A model generated the notes under the pieces. The model was given only the letters and a program-made list of their open reading frames with translations. It did no database searches and was not told the origin of the DNA. From Minisyncoccota bacterium (lineage in GTDB: Bacteria > Patescibacteriota > Minisyncoccia > Phycocordibacterales > DATDSR01): DNA of 64,000 bases. The translations under genes were made by a program, and so were the position numbers. The stretch covers positions 1,358 to 65,357 of the forward strand of contig DATDVE010000023.1 of assembly GCA_036517655.1 (NCBI GenBank), written 5' to 3'. Numbering within the stretch: the first letter of the stretch is position 1; every line of letters begins with the position of its first letter. Of the stretch, positions 10,215-19,829 are shown piece by piece.

Positions 10215-12013
10215 ATTCCATACGAAATTTTTCTATTATCGCCCATATTGATCACGGCAAGTCTACTCTTGCCGACAGGATGCTTGAATTAACGGGCACT
10301 ATTGAAAAGCGCAAGATGCGCGAGCAAGTCCTTGATCGGATGGATCTTGAGCGTGAGCGTGGCATAACTATCAAAATGCAACCAGTGCGTATGGACTATG
10401 TCCTAGGTTCTATGTCCTATGTTCTAAACTTGATAGATACCCCGGGGCACATTGATTTTAGCTACGAGGTTTCGCGAGCGCTCACGGCCGTTGAAGGGGC
10501 AATTTTACTTGTTGACGCTTCGCAGGGTATACAAGCTCAAACACTTTCTGTGCTCGAACTCGCCCGTGCCCAGAACCTGAAAATTATTCCGGTAATAAAC
10601 AAGATAGATTTGCCACACGCAGATCCAGAGAGCGTGAAAGATGAAATTGTGAAGTTGCTTGATTGCGACAGAAGTGAGATCTTAGCTGTCTCTGGCAAAA
10701 CAGGTAAGGGCGTTCCGGAATTATTGAAGGCAGTTGTTGAGCGGATTCCTGCTCCCGAGTTACCTGGTAACCAACCTGGTTACCAGGTAACCAAATCCCT
10801 ACAGGCCTTAATTTTTGATTTTTCGTACGATACACATCGGGGGATTATTTTGTTTTTGCGTCTGTTTGGGGGACAGATAAATAGATTAGACAAACTTAAG
10901 TTTGCTTCATCAGGCAAGGAATTCGGGGCGATCGAGGTGGGAGTTTTCAAACCCGACGAGTTGATCACAAACAAATTAGAGTCTGGGGAAATCGGCTATG
11001 TTGTGACGGGGTTAAAAGAACCCGGTGTGGCCAGAATCGGCGACACTATCACGAGCCAGAAGTTACCCGCTCCTGCATTACCTGGGTACGGCAGGCCGGA
11101 TCCAGTCGTGTGGGCGAGTGTCTATCCCGAGGATCAAGGGGACTTTGTCACTTTGCGCCAGGCTCTTGAACGTCTCTCCCTTTCCGATTCGTCACTCTCA
11201 TTTGAAGAGGAGAGTTCGGGAACATTGGGTAGGGGATTTAGGTGTGGCTTCTTGGGAATGCTGCACATGGAGATAATTACAGAGCGACTTAAACGCGAAT
11301 TCAACCTATCGCTCATTGTTGCCTCTCCCACTATCACATATGAGATAGAGGATCTTAAGGGGTTGCGAAGTAAAGTTTATTCAGCAATCTACTTTCCTGA
11401 TGAGGGTGCGTACAAATCTGTCTACGAACCCTGGGTAAACATTAGGATCATTGCGCCCAGTCAGTACGCAGGCGCTCTCCAAGTTCTATTCCACGAGCAC
11501 GAAGTTATCCAGACTAATATCGAGAACTGGTCCGGGGAGCGTGTGAGTGTGGAGGGCGAGATGCCTCTGCGCGAACTTATGCGCGGCTTCTTCGATGAGC
11601 TCAAGAGTATCTCAAGCGGCTATGCCTCACTCTCGTACAAAATAGGAGATATGAGGGCAGCTGATATTGCGCGTTTAGACTTACTTGTGAATGATGAAAG
11701 GATTGCCGCTTTCTCGCGAGTTGTCTCGCGTCGCAGAATCGAAACAGAAGCTAACTCTGCCGCCGACAAACTCGAAGAGTCTATCCCCAAGCAAATGATC
11801 GAAGTCAAGATTCAAGCCAAAGCGCTCGGCAGAATTATAGCTGCCCGTCGCAAATCTGCCTTACGCAAAGATGTAACAGATTATCTATACGGCGGAGACA
11901 TAACGCGCAAAATGAAGTTGCGAGAAAAGCAAAAGAAAGGCAAGAAAAAGATGCAAGCCCGCGGATCTGTCTCAATTCCCCACGAGGTGTATTTGAAAAT
12001 GACGAAATCGTGA
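10211..12013 (+). CDS. lepA: Elongation factor 4
   Basis: IRNFSIIAHIDHGKSTLADR, DTPGH, NKID, YGGDITRKMKL. Confidence 0.97.
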   Translation: MNSIRNFSIIAHIDHGKSTLADRMLELTGTIEKRKMREQVLDRMDLERERGITIKMQPVRMDYVLGSMSYVLNLIDTPGHIDFSYEVSRALTAVEGAILLVDASQGIQAQTLSVLELARAQNLKIIPVINKIDLPHADPESVKDEIVKLLDCDRSEILAVSGKTGKGVPELLKAVVERIPAPELPGNQPGYQVTKSLQALIFDFSYDTHRGIILFLRLFGGQINRLDKLKFASSGKEFGAIEVGVFKPDELITNKLESGEIGYVVTGLKEPGVARIGDTITSQKLPAPALPGYGRPDPVVWASVYPEDQGDFVTLRQALERLSLSDSSLSFEEESSGTLGRGFRCGFLGMLHMEIITERLKREFNLSLIVASPTITYEIEDLKGLRSKVYSAIYFPDEGAYKSVYEPWVNIRIIAPSQYAGALQVLFHEHEVIQTNIENWSGERVSVEGEMPLRELMRGFFDELKSISSGYASLSYKIGDMRAADIARLDLLVNDERIAAFSRVVSRRRIETEANSAADKLEESIPKQMIEVKIQAKALGRIIAARRKSALRKDVTDYLYGGDITRKMKLREKQKKGKKKMQARGSVSIPHEVYLKMTKS

Positions 12014-12024
12014 GCGGGATGATT

Positions 12025-12135
12025 CTATTGGAATAGGCTGGGGATATAGAGCAGGACCATTGAGATGGCAAGTACTACTGCGGCTATTGCCCAGAATGTT
12101 TTGAGGCGCTTCTGATTCCTCTTCTCGAATAGCAT
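12025..12135 (-). CDS. 36-aa single-TM small protein (absent from the ORF track)
   Basis: MLFEKRNQKRLKTFWAIAAVVLAISMVLLYIPSLFQ; TATACT 6 nt upstream of ATG. Confidence 0.6.
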   Translation of the reverse strand: MLFEKRNQKRLKTFWAIAAVVLAISMVLLYIPSLFQ

Positions 12136-12155
12136 GACGAGAGTATAATGTATGA

Positions 12156-12479
12156 ATGCGGAAAGCACAACCGATTTATCATGGCTGGCGACGGGTTGCT
12201 TACTCTTGGCCAGTGCTGGCTATCATGACTCTCTTTGTAATCTTTATAGGGAGAGCAACATGGCGAGTATATGAACGTTGGGATCGAGCAAGAGGGGAGA
12301 GAAAAGAAGCCGAGAATCGCTACGAAGGAGAGATCAGTAGGCAGGCAAAATTGGAGTCGGACATTGCCCGCCTGAAGACCGAAAGAGGTTGGGAAGAATT
12401 AATCCGAAAAAATTTCCAGCTTGCCAAACCTGGAGAGGGTGTGATTATAATAATCGACGAAGCGACCAGCACGAGGTAG
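12156..12479 (+). CDS. Septum formation initiator (FtsB/DivIC-like)
   Basis: TM plus coiled coil plus EELIR..F.L.KPGE motif. Confidence 0.8.
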   Translation: MRKAQPIYHGWRRVAYSWPVLAIMTLFVIFIGRATWRVYERWDRARGERKEAENRYEGEISRQAKLESDIARLKTERGWEELIRKNFQLAKPGEGVIIIIDEATSTR

Positions 12480-12512
12480 ATGGCGGGCTTGCCTCGCCGA
12501 AATGAAGTGAAG

Positions 12513-12583
12513 GCGGGTATCGTTCAGTGGCAGGATGAGTGCTTCCCAAGCATTAGACGCGAGTTCGATTCTCGCTACCCGCA
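12513..12583 (+). tRNA. tRNA-Gly(CCC)
   Basis: Cloverleaf; loop TTCCCAA; GTTCGATTC. Confidence 0.93.
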
Positions 12584-12681
12584 CTTGCAGAGAGACGACG
12601 ATGTGCTATCCTTTTTGCTAGGTTAGGATAATATGTCGCTAGATTATCAAGAAGACATTATTAATATTTAGTCAATAAAGT

Positions 12682-13809
12682 ATGAAAGCTATTGTATGGC
12701 TCATAGTGATCGTTGTGGTCATTTGGGCAGGATGGGCACTCTTGGATAAAGCTCCAGAAGCAGAAGCAGGTCCGATCATGATCGGCTTCATCGGCCCGCT
12801 CACGGGCGATGCAGCGGCCTACGGCGAGCCCGAGCGTGATGTTGTTGCCCTTGCTGTTGAAGAGATCAATGCTGCAGGTGGTATAAACGGACGACAGATA
12901 AGTGTTATCTACGAAGACGGTAAGTGTGACGGGACAGCATCGGCGAGCGCCGCACAGAAGCTTGTTAATGTTGATAAGGTTCAGGCAATCATTGGCGGAT
13001 TCTGTTCGAGTGAGTCTCTGGCTGCCGTGCCTATTGCGGCCGCTGGCAAGGTATTCCTGTTTTCTCCTGGTTCCTCGAGCCCAGACCTGACCGGTATCAA
13101 TCAATTTTTCGCCCGCAACTACCCGAGCGATGCGTCGCAGGGTAGGGTGATGGCCGATGTCCTATATGCTAAGGGAATGCGCAATGTTGCCTTCATTCAA
13201 GAGTCTAAGGATTACCCTCTGGGAATCTTTAAGGCTTTCCAGGCCCGCTTTGCCGAGCTCGGTGGAGAAGTGGTGAAAGAAGAATTCCCGACAGATTCTA
13301 CTGATTTCCGCACAAGCTTGACTAAACTTAAGGCCGGTAAGCCAGATGCTCTCTTTGTAGATGCACAGACACCGGCTGCGGCTGACAGAATCTTGCAGCA
13401 AGTGCAGGAACTTGGTTGGAAGACGCAGATCTTGCTCAATGATGCGGCTAGTGACCCAGCTCTTATAACCAAGTACGCCAAACTGTTAGAGGGAGCTATG
13501 TTTGCTGAATTCGGGTATGACGCGACGAATTCGAAGTTCGCCGCGCTTGCTACGGCCTACAAGGCCAAGTATGCGACTGATTTACCGTGGCAGAGCTATT
13601 CCCAGACTTACTACGATTCAGTCTACATTCTAGCCGAGGGTATCAAGGCCGTCGGTTATGAAGGCGAGAAACTTGCCACATGGGTGAGGACCGTCAAGGA
13701 TTGGCCAGGTGCTTCAGGTAATGTGAGCATTGGTTCAGATGGTGATGTAGTAGGGGGTCACTCTGCTCGCGTCATCATGGATGGAAAGGCTACCCCCCTC
13801 GGTCAGTAA
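12682..13809 (+). CDS. Branched-chain amino acid ABC substrate-binding protein (LivJ/K-like)
   Basis: IGFIGPLTG, EINAAGGING, YEDGKCD. Confidence 0.9.
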   Translation: MKAIVWLIVIVVVIWAGWALLDKAPEAEAGPIMIGFIGPLTGDAAAYGEPERDVVALAVEEINAAGGINGRQISVIYEDGKCDGTASASAAQKLVNVDKVQAIIGGFCSSESLAAVPIAAAGKVFLFSPGSSSPDLTGINQFFARNYPSDASQGRVMADVLYAKGMRNVAFIQESKDYPLGIFKAFQARFAELGGEVVKEEFPTDSTDFRTSLTKLKAGKPDALFVDAQTPAAADRILQQVQELGWKTQILLNDAASDPALITKYAKLLEGAMFAEFGYDATNSKFAALATAYKAKYATDLPWQSYSQTYYDSVYILAEGIKAVGYEGEKLATWVRTVKDWPGASGNVSIGSDGDVVGGHSARVIMDGKATPLGQ

Positions 13810-13826
13810 TATAGAGTTAAGGCCTA

Positions 13827-13870
13827 AACACAGAGCCTTCCCAGACAATCCATGGGGAGGCTTTTGTGTT
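13827..13870 (+). terminator. Intergenic stem-loop after the SBP gene
   Basis: aacacagagccttccca...tggggaggcttttgtgtt. Confidence 0.6.
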
Positions 13871-13881
13871 AATATCTAGCC

Positions 13882-14748
13882 ATGGAAATCTTTGTCCAGC
13901 TCCTGTTAAACGGTCTCATCGCGGGATCCCTCTACTCTCTCTTGGCGATCGGATTCAACTTATTCTACGGGACTGTCAAATTTTTTGACCTTGCTTTCGG
14001 CACTATCGCTCTAGTGGGCTCATACGCAACGCTCTCATTCCTAAAGAATCTGGATTTGCCTCTACTGATATCGGTGATGGGGGGGATTCTGGTTGGTGCT
14101 GTACTCAATGTGATCATCTACAAGCTAGTATATGTACCGATAAGAGCCAGAAAAGGGAGCAATATGGTTCTTCTGGTTACCTCTTTGGGTGTGTTTACTA
14201 TCTTGCAGTCACTTCTTGCTATTCTTTTCTCAAGTCAATTCCAGACACTTAGGTCTGCCGGATACGTTCCTCACATCTTCCACATATACGGCGCCTCTGT
14301 GACTTCTGTGCAAGTTCTGATGATTGCTCTTGCAGTATTAGTTCCAATAGTTATGCACTTTATCTTGAAAAGGACTAAATTCGGCAGAGCAGTGCGAGCC
14401 ATTGGGGACAACGAAGAAGTAGCCAGTATTGTGGGCATTAACACGAGCAAAGTTATTGGAGGGGTATTTTTTATTTCCGCAGCACTCTCCGGACTTGCTG
14501 GTATCATGAATGGCTTGGACAGAGGTATCGAGCCGTATATGGGGCTGGCGCTCTTACTCAAGGGCATTATTGCCGCTATCGTAGGTGGTATAGGTTATCT
14601 TTGGGGCGGAGTACTGGGCGGTTTTGTTTTGGGCTTGATCGAGAACTTCGGGACATGGTATTTACCCAGTGAGTGGAAGGATGCAATCGCATTTGTTGTT
14701 CTTATTATCTTCTTAATCTTCCGACCGCGCGGAATACTGTCAAAATAA
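13882..14748 (+). CDS. livH: BCAA ABC permease
   Basis: LLNGL..GSLY.L.AIG; TKFGRAVRA; RPRGIL. Confidence 0.9.
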   Translation: MEIFVQLLLNGLIAGSLYSLLAIGFNLFYGTVKFFDLAFGTIALVGSYATLSFLKNLDLPLLISVMGGILVGAVLNVIIYKLVYVPIRARKGSNMVLLVTSLGVFTILQSLLAILFSSQFQTLRSAGYVPHIFHIYGASVTSVQVLMIALAVLVPIVMHFILKRTKFGRAVRAIGDNEEVASIVGINTSKVIGGVFFISAALSGLAGIMNGLDRGIEPYMGLALLLKGIIAAIVGGIGYLWGGVLGGFVLGLIENFGTWYLPSEWKDAIAFVVLIIFLIFRPRGILSK

Positions 14749-15615
14749 ATGGGTTATATCATTCACTTAATTATTCTCTGCTTGCTCTTTGCTATTAATG
14801 CAATGAGTCTCAACTTACTTATTGGCTATACGGGACTACTATTCGCTGCCTCAGCGGCATTTGCGGGTATTGGCGCCTATACTACGGTCTTTCTACTCAA
14901 GTCTACCGAGCTCGGATTCTTCCCTGCGGTGATCATTAGTATGCTCGTGGCTTCTGTCATGGCAACTCTTTTGGGTCTAGTACTGAATAAGTTTAGAGAT
15001 GACTACTTCGCGCTTGTCAGTGTTGGATTCCAGGTTATTGTGAGCACAGTCTTTATGTATTGGGTGGGCTTTACTCGCGGGCCATTAGGAATCCCGGGTA
15101 TAGCCCGGCCTACTCTTCTAGGCCTAGATTTCAGCAGCAATATTATGTTTCTCATTCTCGTGGCCATCATAGCATCTGTTGTCTACTTGTTCATTAAATT
15201 CTTGATAGGCTCACCCTTTGGTCGCGTGCTCAAAGCGATCAGGGATAATGAGGAAGCAATTAAGGTCTTCGGCTACAATACTTATTTTTTTAAGCTAACA
15301 ATTTTGAGCTTAGCCGCAATGTTATGTGCACTCGCGGGTGCATTATATGCTTCCTATATTACCTACATTAGCCCTCCAGTCTTCTATCTCTTTGAGTCGA
15401 TACTACTGATCTCTATTGTCACTTTTGGCGGACTAGGAAGTCTAAAGGGGCCCGTAATTGGGGCAGTGATTATGGTTTTGCTCCCCGAGGCGCTCCGGTT
15501 TGTGGGGTTTCCTCCGGAGGTGGCGGCCCAGATGAGGCAGGCAGTTTTCGGCTTGGCCCTCATATTACTTATGCTCTATCGCCCGCAAGGCTTGGTAGGA
15601 GAATATAAATTATGA
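14749..15615 (+). CDS. livM: BCAA ABC permease
   Basis: SLNLLIGYTG; SPFGRVLKAIRDNE; RPQGLVG. Confidence 0.9.
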   Translation: MGYIIHLIILCLLFAINAMSLNLLIGYTGLLFAASAAFAGIGAYTTVFLLKSTELGFFPAVIISMLVASVMATLLGLVLNKFRDDYFALVSVGFQVIVSTVFMYWVGFTRGPLGIPGIARPTLLGLDFSSNIMFLILVAIIASVVYLFIKFLIGSPFGRVLKAIRDNEEAIKVFGYNTYFFKLTILSLAAMLCALAGALYASYITYISPPVFYLFESILLISIVTFGGLGSLKGPVIGAVIMVLLPEALRFVGFPPEVAAQMRQAVFGLALILLMLYRPQGLVGEYKL

Positions 15616-16343
15616 ATGCCCTAACGATCAAAAATTTATCTAAGCACTTCGACGGAGTTAGGGCCGTTGACGATCTCTCGCTTTCGTTTGAGAAGGGGAG
15701 AGTGACGGCTCTCGTTGGGCCCAATGGTTCGGGCAAGACAACCCTCATGCATCTTCTCTCTGGAGTTACCCCATTTGATAGTGGCGAAGTGGTGGTGGGA
15801 ACGACGGCCTTCTCTCATATCGCGCCTTACGATATTTCATCACTTGGCATAACCCGCACCTTCCAGAGCGTACAACTCTTCGAGCAGATTTCTGTGCTCG
15901 ACAATATTTTGGTAGTACTTACAGAACGCAGCGTATGGGCCTCTCTCTTCGAGCGACATAGCAAGTTCCACACAGAGAAAGCAAAAGGGGTTCTTGAGTT
16001 TGTAGGTTTGTGGGAGAAGCGTAGCGAGAAAGTTGAGGGTTTATCGTACGGCCAGCGCAAGCTCCTGGAGATTGCCAGAGTGCTTGCCATGAATTGCGAA
16101 ATTATACTGTTCGACGAACCTTTCGCTGGGTTATTTCCCGAAATGGTGAAGCGTGTGCGTGACGCTATCTCGCATATGCGTGAAGCGGGTAAAACGATAG
16201 TTTTCATAGAACACAGCATGCAACTTATCAGAGAGCTTTCTGATTATGTGTATGTTTTGGACGCCGGTAAGCTTCTAGCCGAAGGCGCTCCAGCGCACGT
16301 TCTCGGCGAGCGTAAAGTTATCGCGGCGTATCTCGGCGAATAA
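15612..16343 (+). CDS. livG: BCAA ABC ATPase
   Basis: GPNGSGKTT, LSYGQRK, DEP, AYLG. Confidence 0.9.
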   Translation: MNALTIKNLSKHFDGVRAVDDLSLSFEKGRVTALVGPNGSGKTTLMHLLSGVTPFDSGEVVVGTTAFSHIAPYDISSLGITRTFQSVQLFEQISVLDNILVVLTERSVWASLFERHSKFHTEKAKGVLEFVGLWEKRSEKVEGLSYGQRKLLEIARVLAMNCEIILFDEPFAGLFPEMVKRVRDAISHMREAGKTIVFIEHSMQLIRELSDYVYVLDAGKLLAEGAPAHVLGERKVIAAYLGE

Positions 16344-16344
16344 T

Positions 16345-17067
16345 ATGAAAGAAGTCCTGCTAAAACTTGAAGATATTAAAGTCACATACGGCGGTATCCA
16401 TGCGCTTGATGGTGTGGATGTTGCGATTGACGAAGGGGAAGTGGTAGCTCTAATGGGTCCCAATGGTGCAGGCAAGAGCACGGTGCTCAAGGCTTTATTT
16501 GGGATTACCCCCATATCGCATGGGCAAGTCCTCTGGCAGGAACAGAAAGTGTCACCCAAGCCACACGAAATGGTGAAGAGGGGGATATCTTTCGTGCCAC
16601 AAGGTCGCCAGATTTTCGGCAGCTTATCTGTATATGAGAATTTGCAAATGGGCGGCTTCTCTCTATCTGACACAAGCGATCTTGGAAGTCGGATTGATGA
16701 AGTGCTCAGGTTCTTCCCAATGCTCAAAGAGAAACGTAAAGCAAGGGCCAACACTCTCTCTGGTGGTCAGCAACAGATGCTGGCCATTGCCAGAGGCCTG
16801 GTGACAGATCCCAAACTCTTGCTCCTTGACGAACCCACACTTGGACTTGCCCCCAAAATAGTTAAAGAAGTCTTCGAGAAAATTAAGGAAATAAATCGAG
16901 AGCGCAAGATCGCGATACTGGTAGTAGAGCACAATATCGTCTCGTTGCTTGAAGTGGTTCACAGAGGATACGTACTAGATCATGGCAAAATAATCAAGCA
17001 CGGATCGAGCCAAGAGCTGAAGAGTAGCGGCATATTAGATAAAATATTTGTGGGAGCTCATACATAA
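16345..17067 (+). CDS. livF: BCAA ABC ATPase
   Basis: GPNGAGKST, LSGGQQQMLA, LDEPTLGLAP. Confidence 0.92.
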   Translation: MKEVLLKLEDIKVTYGGIHALDGVDVAIDEGEVVALMGPNGAGKSTVLKALFGITPISHGQVLWQEQKVSPKPHEMVKRGISFVPQGRQIFGSLSVYENLQMGGFSLSDTSDLGSRIDEVLRFFPMLKEKRKARANTLSGGQQQMLAIARGLVTDPKLLLLDEPTLGLAPKIVKEVFEKIKEINRERKIAILVVEHNIVSLLEVVHRGYVLDHGKIIKHGSSQELKSSGILDKIFVGAHT

Positions 17068-17072
17068 CATAT

Positions 17073-17363
17073 ATGTCTAGCTCATTCAAAAGAGTAATCG
17101 AAGATTTTGTATGTGAACATTGTGGCGAGAACGTAGAAGGAGATGGCTACACTAACCATTGCCCTAAGTGCCTCTGGAGCTTGCATGTAGACAATGATCC
17201 GGGGGACCGGGCCAATAATTGCAATGGCCTAATGCAGCCATTTGGCGTACTCTATACCACCGATGAGACTAAGTTACAGCACAAATGCGTTAAGTGCGGT
17301 ATGATTAAGCGTAACCGGCTAAGCAAGCAAGACAACCAAGATGCAATTTCGAAAATATATTAA
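17073..17363 (+). CDS. RNHCP-domain protein
   Basis: F.CEHCG...TNHCPKCLWSLHVD..PGDR. Confidence 0.85.
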   Translation: MSSSFKRVIEDFVCEHCGENVEGDGYTNHCPKCLWSLHVDNDPGDRANNCNGLMQPFGVLYTTDETKLQHKCVKCGMIKRNRLSKQDNQDAISKIY

Positions 17364-17847
17364 AGATATCGTATATGGTGCCAACGATGGCATGGTCACA
17401 ACTTTTGCTGTTGTGGCGGGTGTCGTGGGAGCAAGCCTCGAGCCCACAATTATCCTGATAGTGGGCTTCGCTAACTTACTAGCCGACGGCTTCTCTATGG
17501 CGGTGTCAGATTATCTGGGCACCAAGAGTGAGTGCGAGGCCAAAGAGGGGAATGTAATAGAGTGTGATCCCAAGCACTTATTGCGTAGTGCCTCGTACAC
17601 ATTCTTCTCGTTTGTCATTGCCGGCCTCGTGCCACTTATCCCTTTTCTTTTTTCACTGCCAAGTGGTTTGGCACTCACGGCGGCTGCTATAGCAACGGGT
17701 GTGGGCTTATTTGTGATAGGCGCATTGCGCAGTCACTATACCAAGCGCCACTTTATAATCTCCGGCGTAGAGGTGCTCGTAGTCGGAGGAGTGGCAGCAA
17801 CGATTGCGTATCTAGTAGGCTTGTTTCTTAAGACTATCGTAGGATGA
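17341..17847 (+). CDS. VIT1/CCC1 transporter family protein
   Basis: VYGANDG..T.FAVVAG; ANLLADGFSMA. Confidence 0.88.
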   Translation: MQFRKYIKDIVYGANDGMVTTFAVVAGVVGASLEPTIILIVGFANLLADGFSMAVSDYLGTKSECEAKEGNVIECDPKHLLRSASYTFFSFVIAGLVPLIPFLFSLPSGLALTAAAIATGVGLFVIGALRSHYTKRHFIISGVEVLVVGGVAATIAYLVGLFLKTIVG

Positions 17848-17859
17848 ATACTTGTCGAA

Positions 17860-17931
17860 TGCCCCCGGGGGGAATTGAACCCTCATCGCTCCCTTAGGAC
17901 GGGACCGTTCTATCCGTTGAACTACAGGGGC
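17860..17931 (-). tRNA. tRNA-Arg(CCT)
   Basis: gcccctgtagttcaacggatagaac...GTCCTAA...gttcaattcc. Confidence 0.88.
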
Positions 17932-17957
17932 TGTGGGTGCTATGATATCATAAATAT

Positions 17958-18203
17958 ATGGTAATCGATCAGAATGAGAAGTTAGAAGAGGTGCTAAAGC
18001 TCGAGCGCGAGAATCACGAGATGCTCAAGGGCATGCGGGCTCGTCAGAGATGGCACACAGTTTTTCTGATCCTCTACTGGGCCCTGCTTGGTGGTATTGC
18101 TGTAGCCACTTACCACTTCCTAGAACCGTATCTCAAAACACTTCTTGAGACATACAACTCTATCCAAGACGGCATAGGCAAAATTAGCTCATTTGGTGGT
18201 TAA
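17958..18203 (+). CDS. Small membrane hypothetical protein
   Basis: EN..ML..MR + TM + EPY pattern; -10 box 6 nt upstream. Confidence 0.7.
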   Translation: MVIDQNEKLEEVLKLERENHEMLKGMRARQRWHTVFLILYWALLGGIAVATYHFLEPYLKTLLETYNSIQDGIGKISSFGG

Positions 18204-18214
18204 GCTTTCGTAGT

Positions 18215-18290
18215 TGGTGCCGAGGGCCGGGATCGAACCGGCGACCCTTCGCTCTTCAGGCGAATGCTCTACCAACTGAGCTACCTCGGC
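18215..18290 (-). tRNA. tRNA-Phe(GAA)
   Basis: Cloverleaf; loop CTGAAGA; CCA encoded. Confidence 0.95.
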
Positions 18291-18359
18291 CCTGCTTCGC
18301 CCAGGCTACGCAGGGCAAGCTTGTGGACATGATTCTACCAGTTTGATAGCATGTAGGCA

Positions 18360-18632
18360 ATGAAAGAGAAACGTAGAAATAACACAAAGAAGCGAGATCA
18401 ATATACGGTAGTACTCGAGGGGTTACGTTCGGATTTCAAACTTTTTGGCGAGGGTCTCGGTGGCCTACATGGTAAGGTTGATAAAATAGATACACGAATA
18501 GGCGTTGTGGAGACCGAACTTCAAATTATAAAAGGAGAAGTTGCTCTGATTCGCCACAATCAGATTACTCGAGACGAGTTCAAACTACTCGAATCTCGTG
18601 TGTTGCGCCTAGAGAAACTAGCCAATAGCTAG
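18360..18632 (+). CDS. Small coiled-coil hypothetical protein
   Basis: Heptads; ends LESRVLRLE. Confidence 0.7.
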   Translation: MKEKRRNNTKKRDQYTVVLEGLRSDFKLFGEGLGGLHGKVDKIDTRIGVVETELQIIKGEVALIRHNQITRDEFKLLESRVLRLEKLANS

Positions 18633-19108
18633 CTCTGTTGGGTGGATTTGACTCGGACTTTGTGGGTCTTGTTCTTGTCTGATTTGGGTAGGATGATGGT
18701 CAGAAGCCCAGCTTTCTCGCGGGCGTCAGCTCGGTCTGGTTCAACCTCTTGAGGGAGGAGAATCGTGCGGGAAAACGTGCCCCAGAAGAGCTCCCGGAAG
18801 AAAAATTGATCGTCTTCCACTGTCCTATGGCGCTCTCTGGTGCCCTTGATAGTGACCATCTCGCGGGTGATTGAAATGTCCAGATCCTCTGGTTTGACCG
18901 CGGGGATCATGGCCTCGATGATGATTTCGTCAGGTGTTTGATACACGTCCACCGTAAGTGAGGCTTCACTTTCCTCCTCTTCTGCCATGGCCTCTACTGC
19001 AGTCTTATCCCGCGCTCCTTCTCGTCGAGGAACAATCTTCACCTCCTCTTCTTCCTCATAATAATTACTGCCTGTCAGTCTTTCGAAAAATGATGGTTTC
19101 CTTGGCAT
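18629..19108 (-). CDS. Hsp20/alpha-crystallin protein
   Basis: VDVYQT..IIIEA..P.V, ELFWG.FSR.I.LP, GLLTI.LPK. Confidence 0.92.
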   Translation of the reverse strand: MPRKPSFFERLTGSNYYEEEEEVKIVPRREGARDKTAVEAMAEEEESEASLTVDVYQTPDEIIIEAMIPAVKPEDLDISITREMVTIKGTRERHRTVEDDQFFFRELFWGTFSRTILLPQEVEPDRADAREKAGLLTIILPKSDKNKTHKVRVKSTQQS

Positions 19109-19115
19109 TTATATT

Positions 19116-19829
19116 TTAAGCTATTTTGCGAGTAATGTTCTTGACCTTTTCAAAAAATAGGAGCAAGAGGAGCACCCCCACCCACAACATCGCGAATACA
19201 GCAAGAACGTTACCGGACCCTTCTGCGATGACCTCGTTCATTATAAAGAAGTTGAACAAGGTGTGCAACGCCGCCGCCGCCAGTAAGCCAACAATGAGGT
19301 GTACCAGTTTGTCTCTTCTCGTCTTGTAGAAGGATGTGGCGATGATGCCTCCCATGATGGCCGATGAGAAAACGTGCAAAAGAGATGCCCCTAGGAAGCG
19401 CATAGAAGCTGTGACGATACTAAGCTCGAGGCCGCCCTGGGAGATGCTTTTGAGCAGAAAGAGTACGTTCTCGAAAGCTGCGAAGCCTAGAGCGGCTGTG
19501 ATCAGATATATCATAGCATCGAGAGGCTCGTCGTACGTTCTCCGGCGAAAGTCTGCGAAGAATGCAACGGCGTACTTTCCGATTTCTTCTATTGTTGCCC
19601 AAACGAGCAAGAGTACCAGGCTAGGGACGAAGAATTTGCTCGCGAGTGCCTGGAAGGGGAGAACCAATAGAACTACAAAGGCCCCACCGAAGAAAGTTAG
19701 GAGGAGCAGACTTCTTGGTTCTGGTCGCCGCTTGTCCTCCTTGAGCCAGAACCATAGCCAAACGAGTGGCGGGACAATGCCAGCCAGCAGAATTAAGAAT
19801 AGTTCCGTTGAACTTATGGAGTCGGCCAC
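19116..19829 (-). CDS. PrsW-family intramembrane protease
   Basis: PEP, EE..K, LGFAAFEN, H..FN motifs; probable start GTG 19829 (uncertain). Confidence 0.85.
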   Translation of the reverse strand: MADSISSTELFLILLAGIVPPLVWLWFWLKEDKRRPEPRSLLLLTFFGGAFVVLLVLPFQALASKFFVPSLVLLLVWATIEEIGKYAVAFFADFRRRTYDEPLDAMIYLITAALGFAAFENVLFLLKSISQGGLELSIVTASMRFLGASLLHVFSSAIMGGIIATSFYKTRRDKLVHLIVGLLAAAALHTLFNFFIMNEVIAEGSGNVLAVFAMLWVGVLLLLLFFEKVKNITRKIA

